Shown here one piece after another: positions 45,000 through 54,576 of a stretch of 60,144 nt of DNA. Each line of letters opens with the position of its first letter. Within the stretch, counting starts at the first letter, position 1. The position numbers were made by a program, and so were the translations under genes. The notes under the pieces are model-generated. The model was not told where the DNA came from and did not search any database. It saw only the letters and a program-made list of their open reading frames with translations. This DNA is from an uncultured Candidatus Saccharibacteria bacterium (GTDB lineage Bacteria; Patescibacteriota; WWE3; UBA101185; UBA10185): contig CAZBAJ010000006.1 of NCBI GenBank assembly GCA_964490125.1, positions 1-60,144 of the forward strand, written 5' to 3'.

Positions 45000-45482
45000 A
45001 TGAATACAGATTACGAAGAACGCATGAAAAGAATAGAGAGAATTCTTGACCAAGTTGCTAACGAACACGGTAGTTTGGCAAATAACTTGGGGGATGTTGC
45101 AGAAGAAGCTTTTTATAGCGGGTTAGAAAACACCAAACAATTGGGTTCTCAAAAATTTACCTCTATTGCTAGAAATGTTAGGGATTTTGATGGACATGAG
45201 TACGACATTGTGCTTAGAAACGGCACGACTGTTGCAGTGGTAGAGGTAAAGCATAAAGTCCATCCAAATGATGTAAGGGAATTGATGGAAAAAACTATCC
45301 CCGCGTTTAGAAAATCGTATCCGCAGTATAAGGATCACAAAATATATGGCGGACTAGCGGGACTTTCTTTTCCAACCGACGCTAGGCTTGACGCGGAAAA
45401 GCAGGGACTTTTTGTACTAGCCCAGAATGGAAGGTCTGTTAAGGTGGCAAATTCGGCTGGGTTTAAGCCCAAGGTATTGTAA
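45000..45482 (+). CDS. PD-(D/E)XK nuclease-fold hypothetical protein
   Basis: EYDIV...AVVEVK motif after an N-terminal helix. Confidence 0.6.
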   Translation: MNTDYEERMKRIERILDQVANEHGSLANNLGDVAEEAFYSGLENTKQLGSQKFTSIARNVRDFDGHEYDIVLRNGTTVAVVEVKHKVHPNDVRELMEKTIPAFRKSYPQYKDHKIYGGLAGLSFPTDARLDAEKQGLFVLAQNGRSVKVANSAGFKPKVL

Positions 45483-45500
45483 TTTCAACTGAAATAGGCG

Positions 45501-45770
45501 TTATGTAGTTGCTAGACCAACTCTACTCCTTGTCGGATTTACAACAGTGGTGGGATTTTTGCGTAGTAATTTTGGTATAGATAAACAGCTCGCTAATCCA
45601 GCCAATTTGGCTTTTGAGGAGATTTCGGATTTATTCGGCTTATAACTCATGTTTACATACTCAAACTCATCTAAATAATCGGCAACACTATGAGTATCCC
45701 AAAAGGCGACCTCTTCGTTGTAAGTCATAAATTTTGGTATTTTGCTAATTTTTGTACCCTTATTTTTCAT
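45501..45770 (-). CDS. Orphan CopG/BrnA-like antitoxin, C-terminus apparently degenerate
   Basis: KIPKF..NEEVAFWDTHSVADY motif. Confidence 0.6.
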   Translation of the reverse strand: MKNKGTKISKIPKFMTYNEEVAFWDTHSVADYLDEFEYVNMSYKPNKSEISSKAKLAGLASCLSIPKLLRKNPTTVVNPTRSRVGLATT

Positions 45771-45823
45771 GGCGTTTACTAAATGTAATACAAACTTAAC
45801 TGCTTTACAACAAAGGATGGGGT

Positions 45824-46783
45824 TTACAGTATCGCGACTTGAAAGTCTTGTTTAAATCTTTTTTGCGCCTCGGTAAAATAATCCGGGTTATTAGCTTTTT
45901 CATCGTAAACAAAACCAGTTTTGGCTTTTAATATTCGTTTATAATCCTCTATGGCAGTGGCTTCTTTGTAAGAGTTGAGGATTAACTCTCTACCAAAAAG
46001 ATATCTTTCTCTAACATCTCCTCCAAAACCCATGTTTTCGGCAATTTCGGCGGTCATCTCATACATCCACAGAAAGCATAAAGCATAACCTGGGTTTTTG
46101 CTTACCGTTACAGCCTCAAAACTGCCATGGTCGTAACCATCGGCTAGTATTTCTACAGGTTTGGTAGCGCTGGCCGATTGTAAATTTGCAATAAAGACGG
46201 TCGATTCAGTCATTTGGGGGTTTGTTTGGAGCATTAAGCCGAGCCTTTCGTCTGCCTCTGGTAAGCCTTCTATATCTAAAATTAAATACTCATCTTTAGT
46301 TTTGTCGACGGTTGTAAGAAGTAAAGATAGTTCAGCCATAAATGGATGGATTAGTTCGTGTCCGTAAAACCTTTCTTTGTCTGCATCACAGGAGAAAGAT
46401 GCGCCTAGTTTAATAAAGAACGCTTTAACTCTAGCGCCTGAATCTTCAAGCAAATCGATGTCACCTTCTGACCATTCCACCCATGGCGCTGGATCAAAAT
46501 CCTCTCTGCTACTTTTTCCAATAAACCGTGTAGTGTAGAATCGTGGTTCACAAAATACAACTCGTTGTTTCAGTCTAGAGTCGGGAAAAAGCTCGCTAAT
46601 GCGGTCTAGCACCGTATCAATTTCAGTCATCTTGGCGTCTATCTCGGTTCTGATATCCTTGTTACATACCGTTGGGATGTAATACTTTACTCTTTTGGAC
46701 TCTTTTAGTTCAAAATCTAGCCCCTCGATATTAACTATTGTAGTTGATACTTTTGATTCGTCTTGGGTTTTGTTTGCACACAT
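45824..46783 (-). CDS. Hypothetical protein with HExxH motif
   Basis: 319-aa ORF, YGHELIHP. Confidence 0.6.
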   Translation of the reverse strand: MCANKTQDESKVSTTIVNIEGLDFELKESKRVKYYIPTVCNKDIRTEIDAKMTEIDTVLDRISELFPDSRLKQRVVFCEPRFYTTRFIGKSSREDFDPAPWVEWSEGDIDLLEDSGARVKAFFIKLGASFSCDADKERFYGHELIHPFMAELSLLLTTVDKTKDEYLILDIEGLPEADERLGLMLQTNPQMTESTVFIANLQSASATKPVEILADGYDHGSFEAVTVSKNPGYALCFLWMYEMTAEIAENMGFGGDVRERYLFGRELILNSYKEATAIEDYKRILKAKTGFVYDEKANNPDYFTEAQKRFKQDFQVAIL

Positions 46784-47088
46784 TACATGTTTCTCAAGTC
46801 TTTAAGAGTTATAGGTCCCTTTTTCTCCGCTACCTTTTTTGCCTCTTTTTTGGCTTTAGAGGCTTTTGTTGCGACACCGCTTTCTTGGGCAATCTTTAGC
46901 TTTTTGGCAAATTTGTCAATTTGACCCTCTGTGTCAATGTATCTCTTTTGCCCGGTATAAAAAGGGTGACAAGCGGAGCAAATTTCCACCTGAATGTCTT
47001 TTTTGGTCGACATGGTCGTAAAACTATTCCCGCACGCGCAGGTTATTACAGCGTCGCTATAAATTTGAGGATGAATGCCTTTTTTCAT
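46783..47088 (-). CDS. rpmE: 50S ribosomal protein L31
   Basis: MKKGIHP, CACG, CSACHPFYTG. Confidence 0.96.
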   Translation of the reverse strand: MKKGIHPQIYSDAVITCACGNSFTTMSTKKDIQVEICSACHPFYTGQKRYIDTEGQIDKFAKKLKIAQESGVATKASKAKKEAKKVAEKKGPITLKDLRNM

Positions 47089-47103
47089 GACCGCGTTATT
47101 GTA

Positions 47104-48102
47104 TCAACTCTTTTTGCGTTCCGCAACCACAATGCCTACCACTATTATTGCCGAGCCTAGCAAAATGTCCTTGGTAGGCAGTTCGCCCAAAATTAAGAAG
47201 GCGACGGGTAGGGTAAAAATAGGGGAGATATAGGAGAAAATTACCGTGTCAGTGACTTTTAGGTATTTTAGCGACCATTCAAAAAGGTTGTAAGCGACTA
47301 TTGAGGATAGAAGCGACATGTACAGGAGTCCCAGCCAGCTAGCGGTTGATAGGTTCAGGATGCTAAAACCGCTGGAGCCGATTTTTCCCATAGACTCCAG
47401 AAGGTAAAACGGTAACATAGCTACAAGTCCGACATAAAAGGAAACTCCGGTAATAAGTTGCGAACTATATTTTTTGCGGGGAATCGGGATGCCAAAAAAT
47501 TTAGCGACCTCGTTAACCTTGTGTGAGTTTTCACCTCTTATGCGCTTTGACCATAAAACATGCGCTGTCCAAATTAGGTTATATATGACAATTAAGGTAT
47601 TGCCTATAATTCGGGCGTTCCTGGAGGCAGTGGGAGCAGATGAGTCTAAAATTGGTCCAATTGCTAAAACCAAAGTTCCTAGTGAGGTAATAATTAGTCC
47701 AACTTTAATGTTTTTGTTGATTTTATCATTAAAAAAATAATGACCCGCTCCCACCATAAGCAGGGGGGCGATAATTCCTATTACAGCTACTTCCAAAGAC
47801 GAGGTGTAATTTAGTCCATAAAATAATAAAATTAAACTTGCCTGACCCAACAGACCAGAAAGCGCTAGTCCTGGAAAGTCGTGCAGACTAATATTTTGTC
47901 GTCTAAGTTCCATATATAAAAAGGGAAAAATCACCAAACACACAATAAGAAACCGGTAAAACAAAAAGGAAAAAGGGGGAATGTAATCCAGCGTGTACTT
48001 AATAATTGGCGGGGCAAAGCCCCAAATGGCAGTTGCGCCTAGCATAGCCAAAAGCGCGTAATATTCCATATTTTTAGGGCGACTGGGCAGTCGGTTATGC
48101 AT
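47104..48102 (-). CDS. DMT/EamA family transporter
   Basis: About 10 TM helices in two EamA halves. Confidence 0.85.
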   Translation of the reverse strand: MHNRLPSRPKNMEYYALLAMLGATAIWGFAPPIIKYTLDYIPPFSFLFYRFLIVCLVIFPFLYMELRRQNISLHDFPGLALSGLLGQASLILLFYGLNYTSSLEVAVIGIIAPLLMVGAGHYFFNDKINKNIKVGLIITSLGTLVLAIGPILDSSAPTASRNARIIGNTLIVIYNLIWTAHVLWSKRIRGENSHKVNEVAKFFGIPIPRKKYSSQLITGVSFYVGLVAMLPFYLLESMGKIGSSGFSILNLSTASWLGLLYMSLLSSIVAYNLFEWSLKYLKVTDTVIFSYISPIFTLPVAFLILGELPTKDILLGSAIIVVGIVVAERKKS

Positions 48103-48126
48103 TAGTTTATGGTATCATACTGACAT

Positions 48127-48774
48127 ATGGAAATAACATACTTTGGTCACTCGTGTTTTAAGCTTAAAACAAAAGATGTCACTTTGGTTATAGACCCTTT
48201 TGACCCGGCAAAAATGGGTGTTAAATTGCCAAAACTTGAGGCGGACGCGGTGTTAATCACGCACGACCATCTTGATCATAATTTTAAGGACGGGGTAACT
48301 GGCTATCGTTTGGTAATTGATGGACCAGGGGAATACGAGCTTGGTGGAGTGACCATCTTTGGTATTGCTACCAAGCACGACGACAAAGACGGTAAAGAGC
48401 GGGGTGCAAACACTATGTACTATATAGAAACGGCAGGAGAGTCGGTGTTGCATTGTGGCGACTTGGGGCATTTGCTGGACGAGCCTGCGTTGGAAAAATT
48501 TGGTCAGGTTACCGCCCTCTTAATTCCGGTAGGCGGGGTTTATACGCTGGATGCGGAAAAAGCGTCAAAAGTAATTTCCAGCATCGAGCCTTCTTATGTC
48601 GTCCCCATGCACTATAAAATGGCAGGTTCTAAATTGCAGGATATCGACACCCTAGAAAAGTTTTTGGACGAAATGGGCATAGAAAACGGGAATGTTAAAA
48701 AATCGGCGACGCTACGGATTTCCGAGGCAGATAATGAGAACGAAACGCAAGTTATTGTGTTGGAACAGCAATAA
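48127..48774 (+). CDS. Metallo-beta-lactamase-fold hydrolase
   Basis: GHSCF, ITHDHLDH, HCGDLG, VPMHY. Confidence 0.88.
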   Translation: MEITYFGHSCFKLKTKDVTLVIDPFDPAKMGVKLPKLEADAVLITHDHLDHNFKDGVTGYRLVIDGPGEYELGGVTIFGIATKHDDKDGKERGANTMYYIETAGESVLHCGDLGHLLDEPALEKFGQVTALLIPVGGVYTLDAEKASKVISSIEPSYVVPMHYKMAGSKLQDIDTLEKFLDEMGIENGNVKKSATLRISEADNENETQVIVLEQQ

Positions 48775-48807
48775 TCTTGCAACCAGTGTTATTGTTAGCA
48801 AAAAATT

Positions 48808-51444
48808 ATGTCAAATAAAACCAGTCAACTAAGCTCTAATTCTACCGCCCAACGCAATTTAATTCCGCCACATGATTTAGACGCGGAAAAGTCCGTTTTG
48901 GGGGCAGTGCTTATTAGCGAAGATGCGCTTATTAAGGTGGTGGAAACTCTAAAGTCAGAACATTTTTATAAAAGCGCGCACGCCAGCATTTACGAGGCGG
49001 TGCTAAATCTGTATGAAAAACGCCAGCCTATAGACCTTATTACCTTGCCGGAGGAACTTAAAAAGCATAAGTTGCTTACGGAAATTGGCGGACTTTCTTA
49101 TCTTACGGAGTTGGTCAATTTTGTGCCCACCGCGTCAAATGTGGAATTTTACGCCAAAATTATTGTAGACAATGCTTTGCGACGGAGTTTAATTACCGCT
49201 AGTGCCAAAATAAATGAAATGGCGTTTGACAAAAGTGAGGTGGAAGGCTTGTTGGACGAGGCAGAGCAGGAAATTTACGCGGTTTCGCAAGACAGGTTGC
49301 ATCAGGATTTTGTGCCGATTTCTGACACTTTACAAATAACTTTTGAGCGACTTGATGAGTTAAGCAAAACCAAGGGCGCGCTGCGGGGCGTACCCACAGG
49401 TTTAAAAGGTGTGGACAGGATGCTTTCTGGTTTCCAGCGGGAAAACTTAATAATTTTGGCAGCGCGCCCGTCTGTTGGTAAGTCGTCCTTTGCTATTAAC
49501 TGCGCCCAGTATGCCGCTACTACCCATAAAAAATCAGTCGGCATATTTTCTCTAGAGATGGGTAGGGAACAGTTGGTGGACAGGATGATTTCCGCGCAGG
49601 GCGACATTGACAACTGGCGGATAACAACAGGAAATTTGCACGAGGAGGACTTTGAAAAATACGGCATTGCGGCGGGGGAGCTAGCAGAAGCGCCTATTTA
49701 CATTGACGATACGCCGGGCATTGGCATTTTAGAACTTCGCACCAAAGCTCGTCGCCTTCACATGGACAAAAAAATCGACTTGGTTATTGTGGACTACTTA
49801 CAGTTGATTCACGGTCGTACTACAGAAAGTCGCACCCAAGAAGTATCAGAAATTTCCCAGGCGTTAAAAAATTTGGCAAGAGAGCTAAAAATTCCCGTTT
49901 TGGCTCTGTCACAATTGTCCCGCGCGGTAGAAATTAGGGGAGGGGATAAACGCCCGCAACTAAGCGACCTTCGTGATTCGGGATGTTTGCTGGGCGACAC
50001 TTTAATAACCCTTGCCGACTCCGGAAAACGGATACCTATTAAGGATCTGGTCGGCAAACGCGACTTTGATATCCTTGCGGTGGACGACGATTTTAAGTTA
50101 AAGCCCGCAAAGGCATCAAGAGTATTTTCAAGCGGTAAAAAACAAGTTTATAGGCTAACGACTGTTTCGGGAAAACAAATCACTGCCTCCGCTAATCACC
50201 CCTTTTTAACTTTGGCGGGTTGGGTAAGGCTGGATGGGTTAAAAATAGGGGATGCCGTTGCCACGCCGAATTATATTCAAATTCAAGGGCTAGTCGGTAC
50301 ATTAAATGACAACAAATTAATTTTATTAGCCCATCTTTTGGGTGACGGGTGCTTTGTAGAAAGGCAACCTTTACACTACACAAATTCAGAGATGGAATTA
50401 ATCAACATAGTAAAAGACGCGGCACGCGTGGAATTTAATATCGAGCCGCGGATTGTACCGCAGGAGAGTTGGTTTCATTTATACCTTAGTGCAAAGGAAA
50501 AATTAACGCATAATAAAAGAAACCCTATTGTAAAATGGTTGGACGAGGAAATGGGCATTTATGGACTACATTCTTATGAGAAATTTGTTCCTGATGCTGT
50601 TTTTGCCCTACCTCCAGATAAAATCGCTCTGTTTCTTAAACATCTTTGGGCTACAGATGGTTGCATCTACACTTCAAAAACAGCTAAATCCACTCATTCT
50701 GCAACTGCTCATTATTCTACCAACAGCATAAAGTTAGCAAGAGGCGTCTCACATCTACTGTTACGGTTGGGGATTATAAGTACAATTCAAGCAGGTCATA
50801 AAAAGGGTTACAAAGATGTTTATATGGTTACTATTCAAGATAAGGACAATTTAGAAAGATTTTTAACTAAAGTAGGCTGTACTGGTACCAAAGCTACAAA
50901 GGTAAAAGAAGCTCTAGCTATACTGGTCGACATAAAAGGAAACCCCAACAACAATATAATTCCAAAGTCTGTCTGGTCGTACATTAAACGGGTATCCAAA
51001 GAAAAAGGCTTTACAACAAGATCTTTTGCCGAGGAGCTGGGTATTAAATACAACGGAACCGCAATATACAATAACGGGATAGGTAGAGAGCGACTATTAA
51101 AGATCGCAAAAATTTTGAAGGACGATTACCTTACCAACCTTGCTACATCGGATGTTTATTGGGATAAAGTTAAATCCATAGAAAAGCTAGGATTGGAAGA
51201 AGTATACGACATGACGGTGCCGGGAATGGTTAACTTTGTAGCAAACGACATTCTTGTACACAACAGTATCGAACAGGATGCGGATGTTGTCATGTTTTTA
51301 TTTAGACCAAACGAGGAAGACCGCATAAATCACAAGTTACTAATCGCCAAACATAGAAACGGTCCCACCGGGGAAATCGACCTTTTCTTTAAGGCCGACA
51401 GAACGCGTTTTTTTGAAGCCGAGACTAAAATTAAGGACAAGTGA
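48808..51444 (+). CDS. dnaB: Replicative helicase DnaB containing an intein
   Basis: PPHDLDAE, AARPSVGKS, IVDYLQL, LSQLSR, SDLRDSG|...|SIEQDAD. Confidence 0.97.
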   Translation: MSNKTSQLSSNSTAQRNLIPPHDLDAEKSVLGAVLISEDALIKVVETLKSEHFYKSAHASIYEAVLNLYEKRQPIDLITLPEELKKHKLLTEIGGLSYLTELVNFVPTASNVEFYAKIIVDNALRRSLITASAKINEMAFDKSEVEGLLDEAEQEIYAVSQDRLHQDFVPISDTLQITFERLDELSKTKGALRGVPTGLKGVDRMLSGFQRENLIILAARPSVGKSSFAINCAQYAATTHKKSVGIFSLEMGREQLVDRMISAQGDIDNWRITTGNLHEEDFEKYGIAAGELAEAPIYIDDTPGIGILELRTKARRLHMDKKIDLVIVDYLQLIHGRTTESRTQEVSEISQALKNLARELKIPVLALSQLSRAVEIRGGDKRPQLSDLRDSGCLLGDTLITLADSGKRIPIKDLVGKRDFDILAVDDDFKLKPAKASRVFSSGKKQVYRLTTVSGKQITASANHPFLTLAGWVRLDGLKIGDAVATPNYIQIQGLVGTLNDNKLILLAHLLGDGCFVERQPLHYTNSEMELINIVKDAARVEFNIEPRIVPQESWFHLYLSAKEKLTHNKRNPIVKWLDEEMGIYGLHSYEKFVPDAVFALPPDKIALFLKHLWATDGCIYTSKTAKSTHSATAHYSTNSIKLARGVSHLLLRLGIISTIQAGHKKGYKDVYMVTIQDKDNLERFLTKVGCTGTKATKVKEALAILVDIKGNPNNNIIPKSVWSYIKRVSKEKGFTTRSFAEELGIKYNGTAIYNNGIGRERLLKIAKILKDDYLTNLATSDVYWDKVKSIEKLGLEEVYDMTVPGMVNFVANDILVHNSIEQDADVVMFLFRPNEEDRINHKLLIAKHRNGPTGEIDLFFKADRTRFFEAETKIKDK
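49984..51264 (+). mobile_element. 427-aa intein with LAGLIDADG homing endonuclease
   Basis: Starts CLLGDT, ends VANDILVHN before S; LAHLLGDG and HLWATDG blocks. Confidence 0.95.
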
Positions 51445-51460
51445 TATAATCCCCAAGTAA

Positions 51461-51546
51461 GCCGTGGTGGCGGAATGGCATACGCGGTGGTCTCAAAAAC
51501 CACTGGAGGCAACTCTGTGTGGGTTCGACTCCCACCCACGGCACCA
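51461..51546 (+). tRNA. trnL: tRNA-Leu (CAA)
   Basis: GTGGT-CTCAAAA-ACCAC, long variable arm, A73, CCA. Confidence 0.94.
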
Positions 51547-51548
51547 AA

Positions 51549-52350
51549 TTATGGTTGTAATTCTAAAGCTTTTTGATACCAATAAGCTAAATCTCCTTGA
51601 CTAGAAGCCCAACGATAGAATTCTGCCACCGCCCAGTTCTGAAAGTAAGTTACATCCGTAAGCCCATATTTAGTTTTAACCTCGTCAAGCCATACATAAA
51701 GATCCTTTTCGCCACTTTCTAAAGTTTCAAAATCCAGTACGACTCCCTCTGGCGGTTGTAAGTCATCCCAGAGTTTGGGATCTAATGGACCTGCCAAAGC
51801 TTCAGAAATGGTCCAGCTTTGATCGGCTCTAAAATCCGGTTCCCCGTTTGAATCGAGTATGTACAAATTAAAGGCGGGGTGTGTAGGTTCGTGCAGTACT
51901 GCCCTGATTGTTGCAGGATTATCTAGACCTTGCTCAAGAAAATAGTCTGTGTTTAAGTAACAGGTGCAGACGTTGCATTGTGCGGGCGGGATCGGCTTTA
52001 TACCTAAATCACCGTAATATTCCAGCATCGTTGCCTGATCGCCAACAAAAATCAGTATTGGTTGGGTTTTTGCACCTGTAACTTGCTCGATTTTATTAAG
52101 CGTGGGTTCGGCTAAATTGCCCACAAATTCTAAAAAACGGGGATCTCCTATAACAACACAATGTTCTAGCTTTAATGTTTCGCAACTCTCTCTCCAAGAA
52201 GTGTGAAAAGAATTTTATATCCTGTTCACGGTAGAATCCATCTGGTTTTTGACCGGGAAACATGCCCTGTAGCCTTACCTCATCGGCATTTCCCGCCGTT
52301 TCAAGAAGTCGTTTTAGACCTTCGTCCATTTGCTGTTTTTCGTCTGACAT
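51549..52350 (-). pseudogene. Hypothetical HExxH protein split into two overlapping ORFs
   Basis: ORFs 52096-52362 and 51549-52124 overlap in different frames across a (CT)4 tract; HEPTH motif in the second. Confidence 0.45.
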
Positions 52351-52414
52351 AATATGTCGCAATTATACAATAATAGAGGTTGCCAGTGTAATTTGGTGTT
52401 ATAATTCCGTAAAC

Positions 52415-52969
52415 ATGATCGCATCCGACCTTAAAACAGGAAAAGTGTTTAAAGAAAATAACGCGCCGTTTTTGGTGGTTAAGTACGAGCATGTTAAATC
52501 CGCTAGAGGTGGGGCGGCGGTTAAGGTGATTGCCAAAAATCTGATTTCCGGTTCCGTTTTGGAAAAAGGCTATAAAGCAGGGGATTCCGTGGAAGAAGCC
52601 GATGTTTACAGAAAAAATGCGCAGTACCTTTATAAAGACTCGGCGGGATATAATTTTATGGATCCCCAGTCGTACGACCAATTTAGTATAGACGAGTCCA
52701 CCATAGAGTCCGAGGGCAAGTATTTAAAAGACGGCATGAATGTTGTGGTAGTTTATTTTGAGGACAAGCCTATTTCCATAGAACTTCCTAACTCGCTGGT
52801 TTTTGAAGTTGCCTATACCGAGCCTGGTTTTAAAGGTAATACGGTTTCTAATGTCTACAAAGATGCAGAGCTGGATAACGGCATGAAGGTAAAAGTACCC
52901 ATGTTTATTAAAATAGGGGAAAAGGTTAAGATTGACACTAGGACGGGGGACTACTTGTCTAAAGCCTAG
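52415..52969 (+). CDS. efp: Elongation factor P
   Basis: MIASDLKTG, HVKSARGGA, TEPGFKGNT, VPMFIKIGE. Confidence 0.95.
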   Translation: MIASDLKTGKVFKENNAPFLVVKYEHVKSARGGAAVKVIAKNLISGSVLEKGYKAGDSVEEADVYRKNAQYLYKDSAGYNFMDPQSYDQFSIDESTIESEGKYLKDGMNVVVVYFEDKPISIELPNSLVFEVAYTEPGFKGNTVSNVYKDAELDNGMKVKVPMFIKIGEKVKIDTRTGDYLSKA

Positions 52970-53043
52970 GTTAGTAAGTATTGGCAGAAGCATATTCAGA
53001 GCGATTGTATTGATTGGATAAATAGAAAGTAGCGATAAATAGA

Positions 53044-53081
53044 CATAAGAAATTACTGTGAAGCGTAATTTCGTTGGCTAT
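53044..53081. repeat. REP-like palindromic repeat, copy 1
   Basis: GAAATTAC-TGTGAAGC-GTAATTTC-GTTGGCTAT. Confidence 0.75.
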
Positions 53082-53119
53082 TTATCGCGATGGTTGCTTG
53101 TAATAATTGACTAAAGCGA

Positions 53120-53170
53120 CCCCATAGCCATAAAAAGTTACTGCGAAGTGTAACTTTGTTGGCTATGGGG
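53120..53170. repeat. REP-like palindromic repeat, copy 2
   Basis: CCCCATAGCCA/TGGCTATGGGG outer stem; AAAGTTAC/GTAACTTT inner stem. Confidence 0.8.
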
Positions 53171-53183
53171 AGCGTTACTTAAG

Positions 53184-53813
53184 ATGCTTAACACTACGGT
53201 TCACTCACTTGTAATAGCCATAACAACCCTCACCGGTCTATACAGCTTTTGGTCGTCCTGCAAAAAAGACGGCTTTGACCAAGAAAAAGCCCTTGATTTA
53301 GTTATTTTAGGACTTTTGGGAGGCGGGGCGATTGGCGTAGTAACAGGAATAATTATATCCTGGGCAGTTGTGGTAAATTTTGCCAATATAAACCCGTTTA
53401 GCGTGCTTTTTGGATTTGTGGGCACAGTCTCTTTTGTCGTCCTAAAATGGAAGTGGTCTCTGTACCGTGTTTTAGATAATTTAGCCGTTGCGCTTACCCT
53501 TTTGGCAGGTTTTTGGTTACTTACTCAAAACCTAGTCGGTCAATTTAAACCCATTTATCTTATCGCGTCGCTTTTACTTTTTGTCATTTACGCTTTGCTC
53601 CAAAAATACCGTCTGCTAGTCCTAAAATCGGGGTTTACTTTTTGCCTTACCTGCGGGGTTTTTTGCCTAGCCAGCGCCCTGTCGTCGCCCAAATTTGTCA
53701 ACTTGATATTTATTGGACTTTTGTTTACACTTATCTTGACCGTATTAATTTTTAGGGTGAGGAGTTTATATGGCAGAACTAAAAAAAATGGTAGTACCCC
53801 CGTTAATGCTTAG
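53184..53813 (+). CDS. Lgt-like membrane protein (reduced)
   Basis: Multi-TM; ALDLVILGLLGG and YRVLDNLAVA resemble prolipoprotein diacylglyceryl transferase. Confidence 0.5.
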   Translation: MLNTTVHSLVIAITTLTGLYSFWSSCKKDGFDQEKALDLVILGLLGGGAIGVVTGIIISWAVVVNFANINPFSVLFGFVGTVSFVVLKWKWSLYRVLDNLAVALTLLAGFWLLTQNLVGQFKPIYLIASLLLFVIYALLQKYRLLVLKSGFTFCLTCGVFCLASALSSPKFVNLIFIGLLFTLILTVLIFRVRSLYGRTKKNGSTPVNA

Positions 53814-54138
53814 AGATTTAGTTTTACGACTTTGGAAGCGAAGCAAAGAGCTTAAAAAAGAAGAAGAGCTAGTTAAGCAGTCCGACCCGTTATTGCAAGA
53901 GGAAAGTGCCGACAGATCAGAATCAGCAGAAAGTACTGCCGTGGATGTGGAAAAAAATATTCATGACGCCAGACTTAATTTAATTCAAGGTGCTAGGTTG
54001 GAGATTAGAAAGGCTTTGGCTAAGGTACGGATTGGTACTTACGGCATTTGCGAAGTATGCAAAAAGCCTATTGATTTAGCCAGACTTAAGGCTTTTCCTC
54101 AAGCGACAAAATGCTTTGATTGTGCCAAAAAGGACTAG
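53770..54138 (+). CDS. TraR/DksA C4 zinc-finger protein
   Basis: IRKALAKV..GTYGICEVCKKPIDLARLKAFPQATKCFDC. Confidence 0.9.
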   Translation: MAELKKMVVPPLMLRDLVLRLWKRSKELKKEEELVKQSDPLLQEESADRSESAESTAVDVEKNIHDARLNLIQGARLEIRKALAKVRIGTYGICEVCKKPIDLARLKAFPQATKCFDCAKKD

Positions 54139-54186
54139 TCGCTTAAGGCTGTTTTGGTAGTTTAGGTAAGGTTTGGACAGAATAAA

Positions 54187-54567
54187 GTGGATATGAACAA
54201 AGTTTTACTAATAGAGGACGAAAAAGATATAAGAAGCGTTTATGCGGAATATTTGCGCGACAGTGGCTACGAGGTTTTAGAGGCGCCAGATGGGGTTATC
54301 GGTTTAAAAAAGGCTTTGGAGGAGGCTTGGGATGTTATGCTTTTGGATATAATGCTCCCAGGTGAGGATGGTTTGCAGTTACTAAAAAAACTTAAGGTCA
54401 CGGAGACGGTAAAAGACAGGCCGGTTATTGCCCTTACTAATTTAAATATCGACTCGGTAATTAATGAGATGTTTGATTACGGTGCGGACGGCTTCTTGGT
54501 AAAATCGGAGATTACGCCCGACAAGATTGTGAGTGAGATAGAGGCGGTGTTGCAAAAATACTCTTAA
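54187..54567 (+). CDS. Single-domain response regulator
   Basis: LLIEDE, LLDIMLP, IALTN, LVKS. Confidence 0.9.
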   Translation: MDMNKVLLIEDEKDIRSVYAEYLRDSGYEVLEAPDGVIGLKKALEEAWDVMLLDIMLPGEDGLQLLKKLKVTETVKDRPVIALTNLNIDSVINEMFDYGADGFLVKSEITPDKIVSEIEAVLQKYS

Positions 54568-54576
54568 TGTATTGCT

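Noticed and set aside
21676-51444. UGA recoding (code 25)
   Set aside because: TGA terminates dprA, dcd, ychF and dnaB at their expected ends.
52262-52414. N-terminal extension of EF-P in the ORF track
   Set aside because: Homology starts at ATG 52415, which has its own TATAAT box; the extension is antisense to another ORF.
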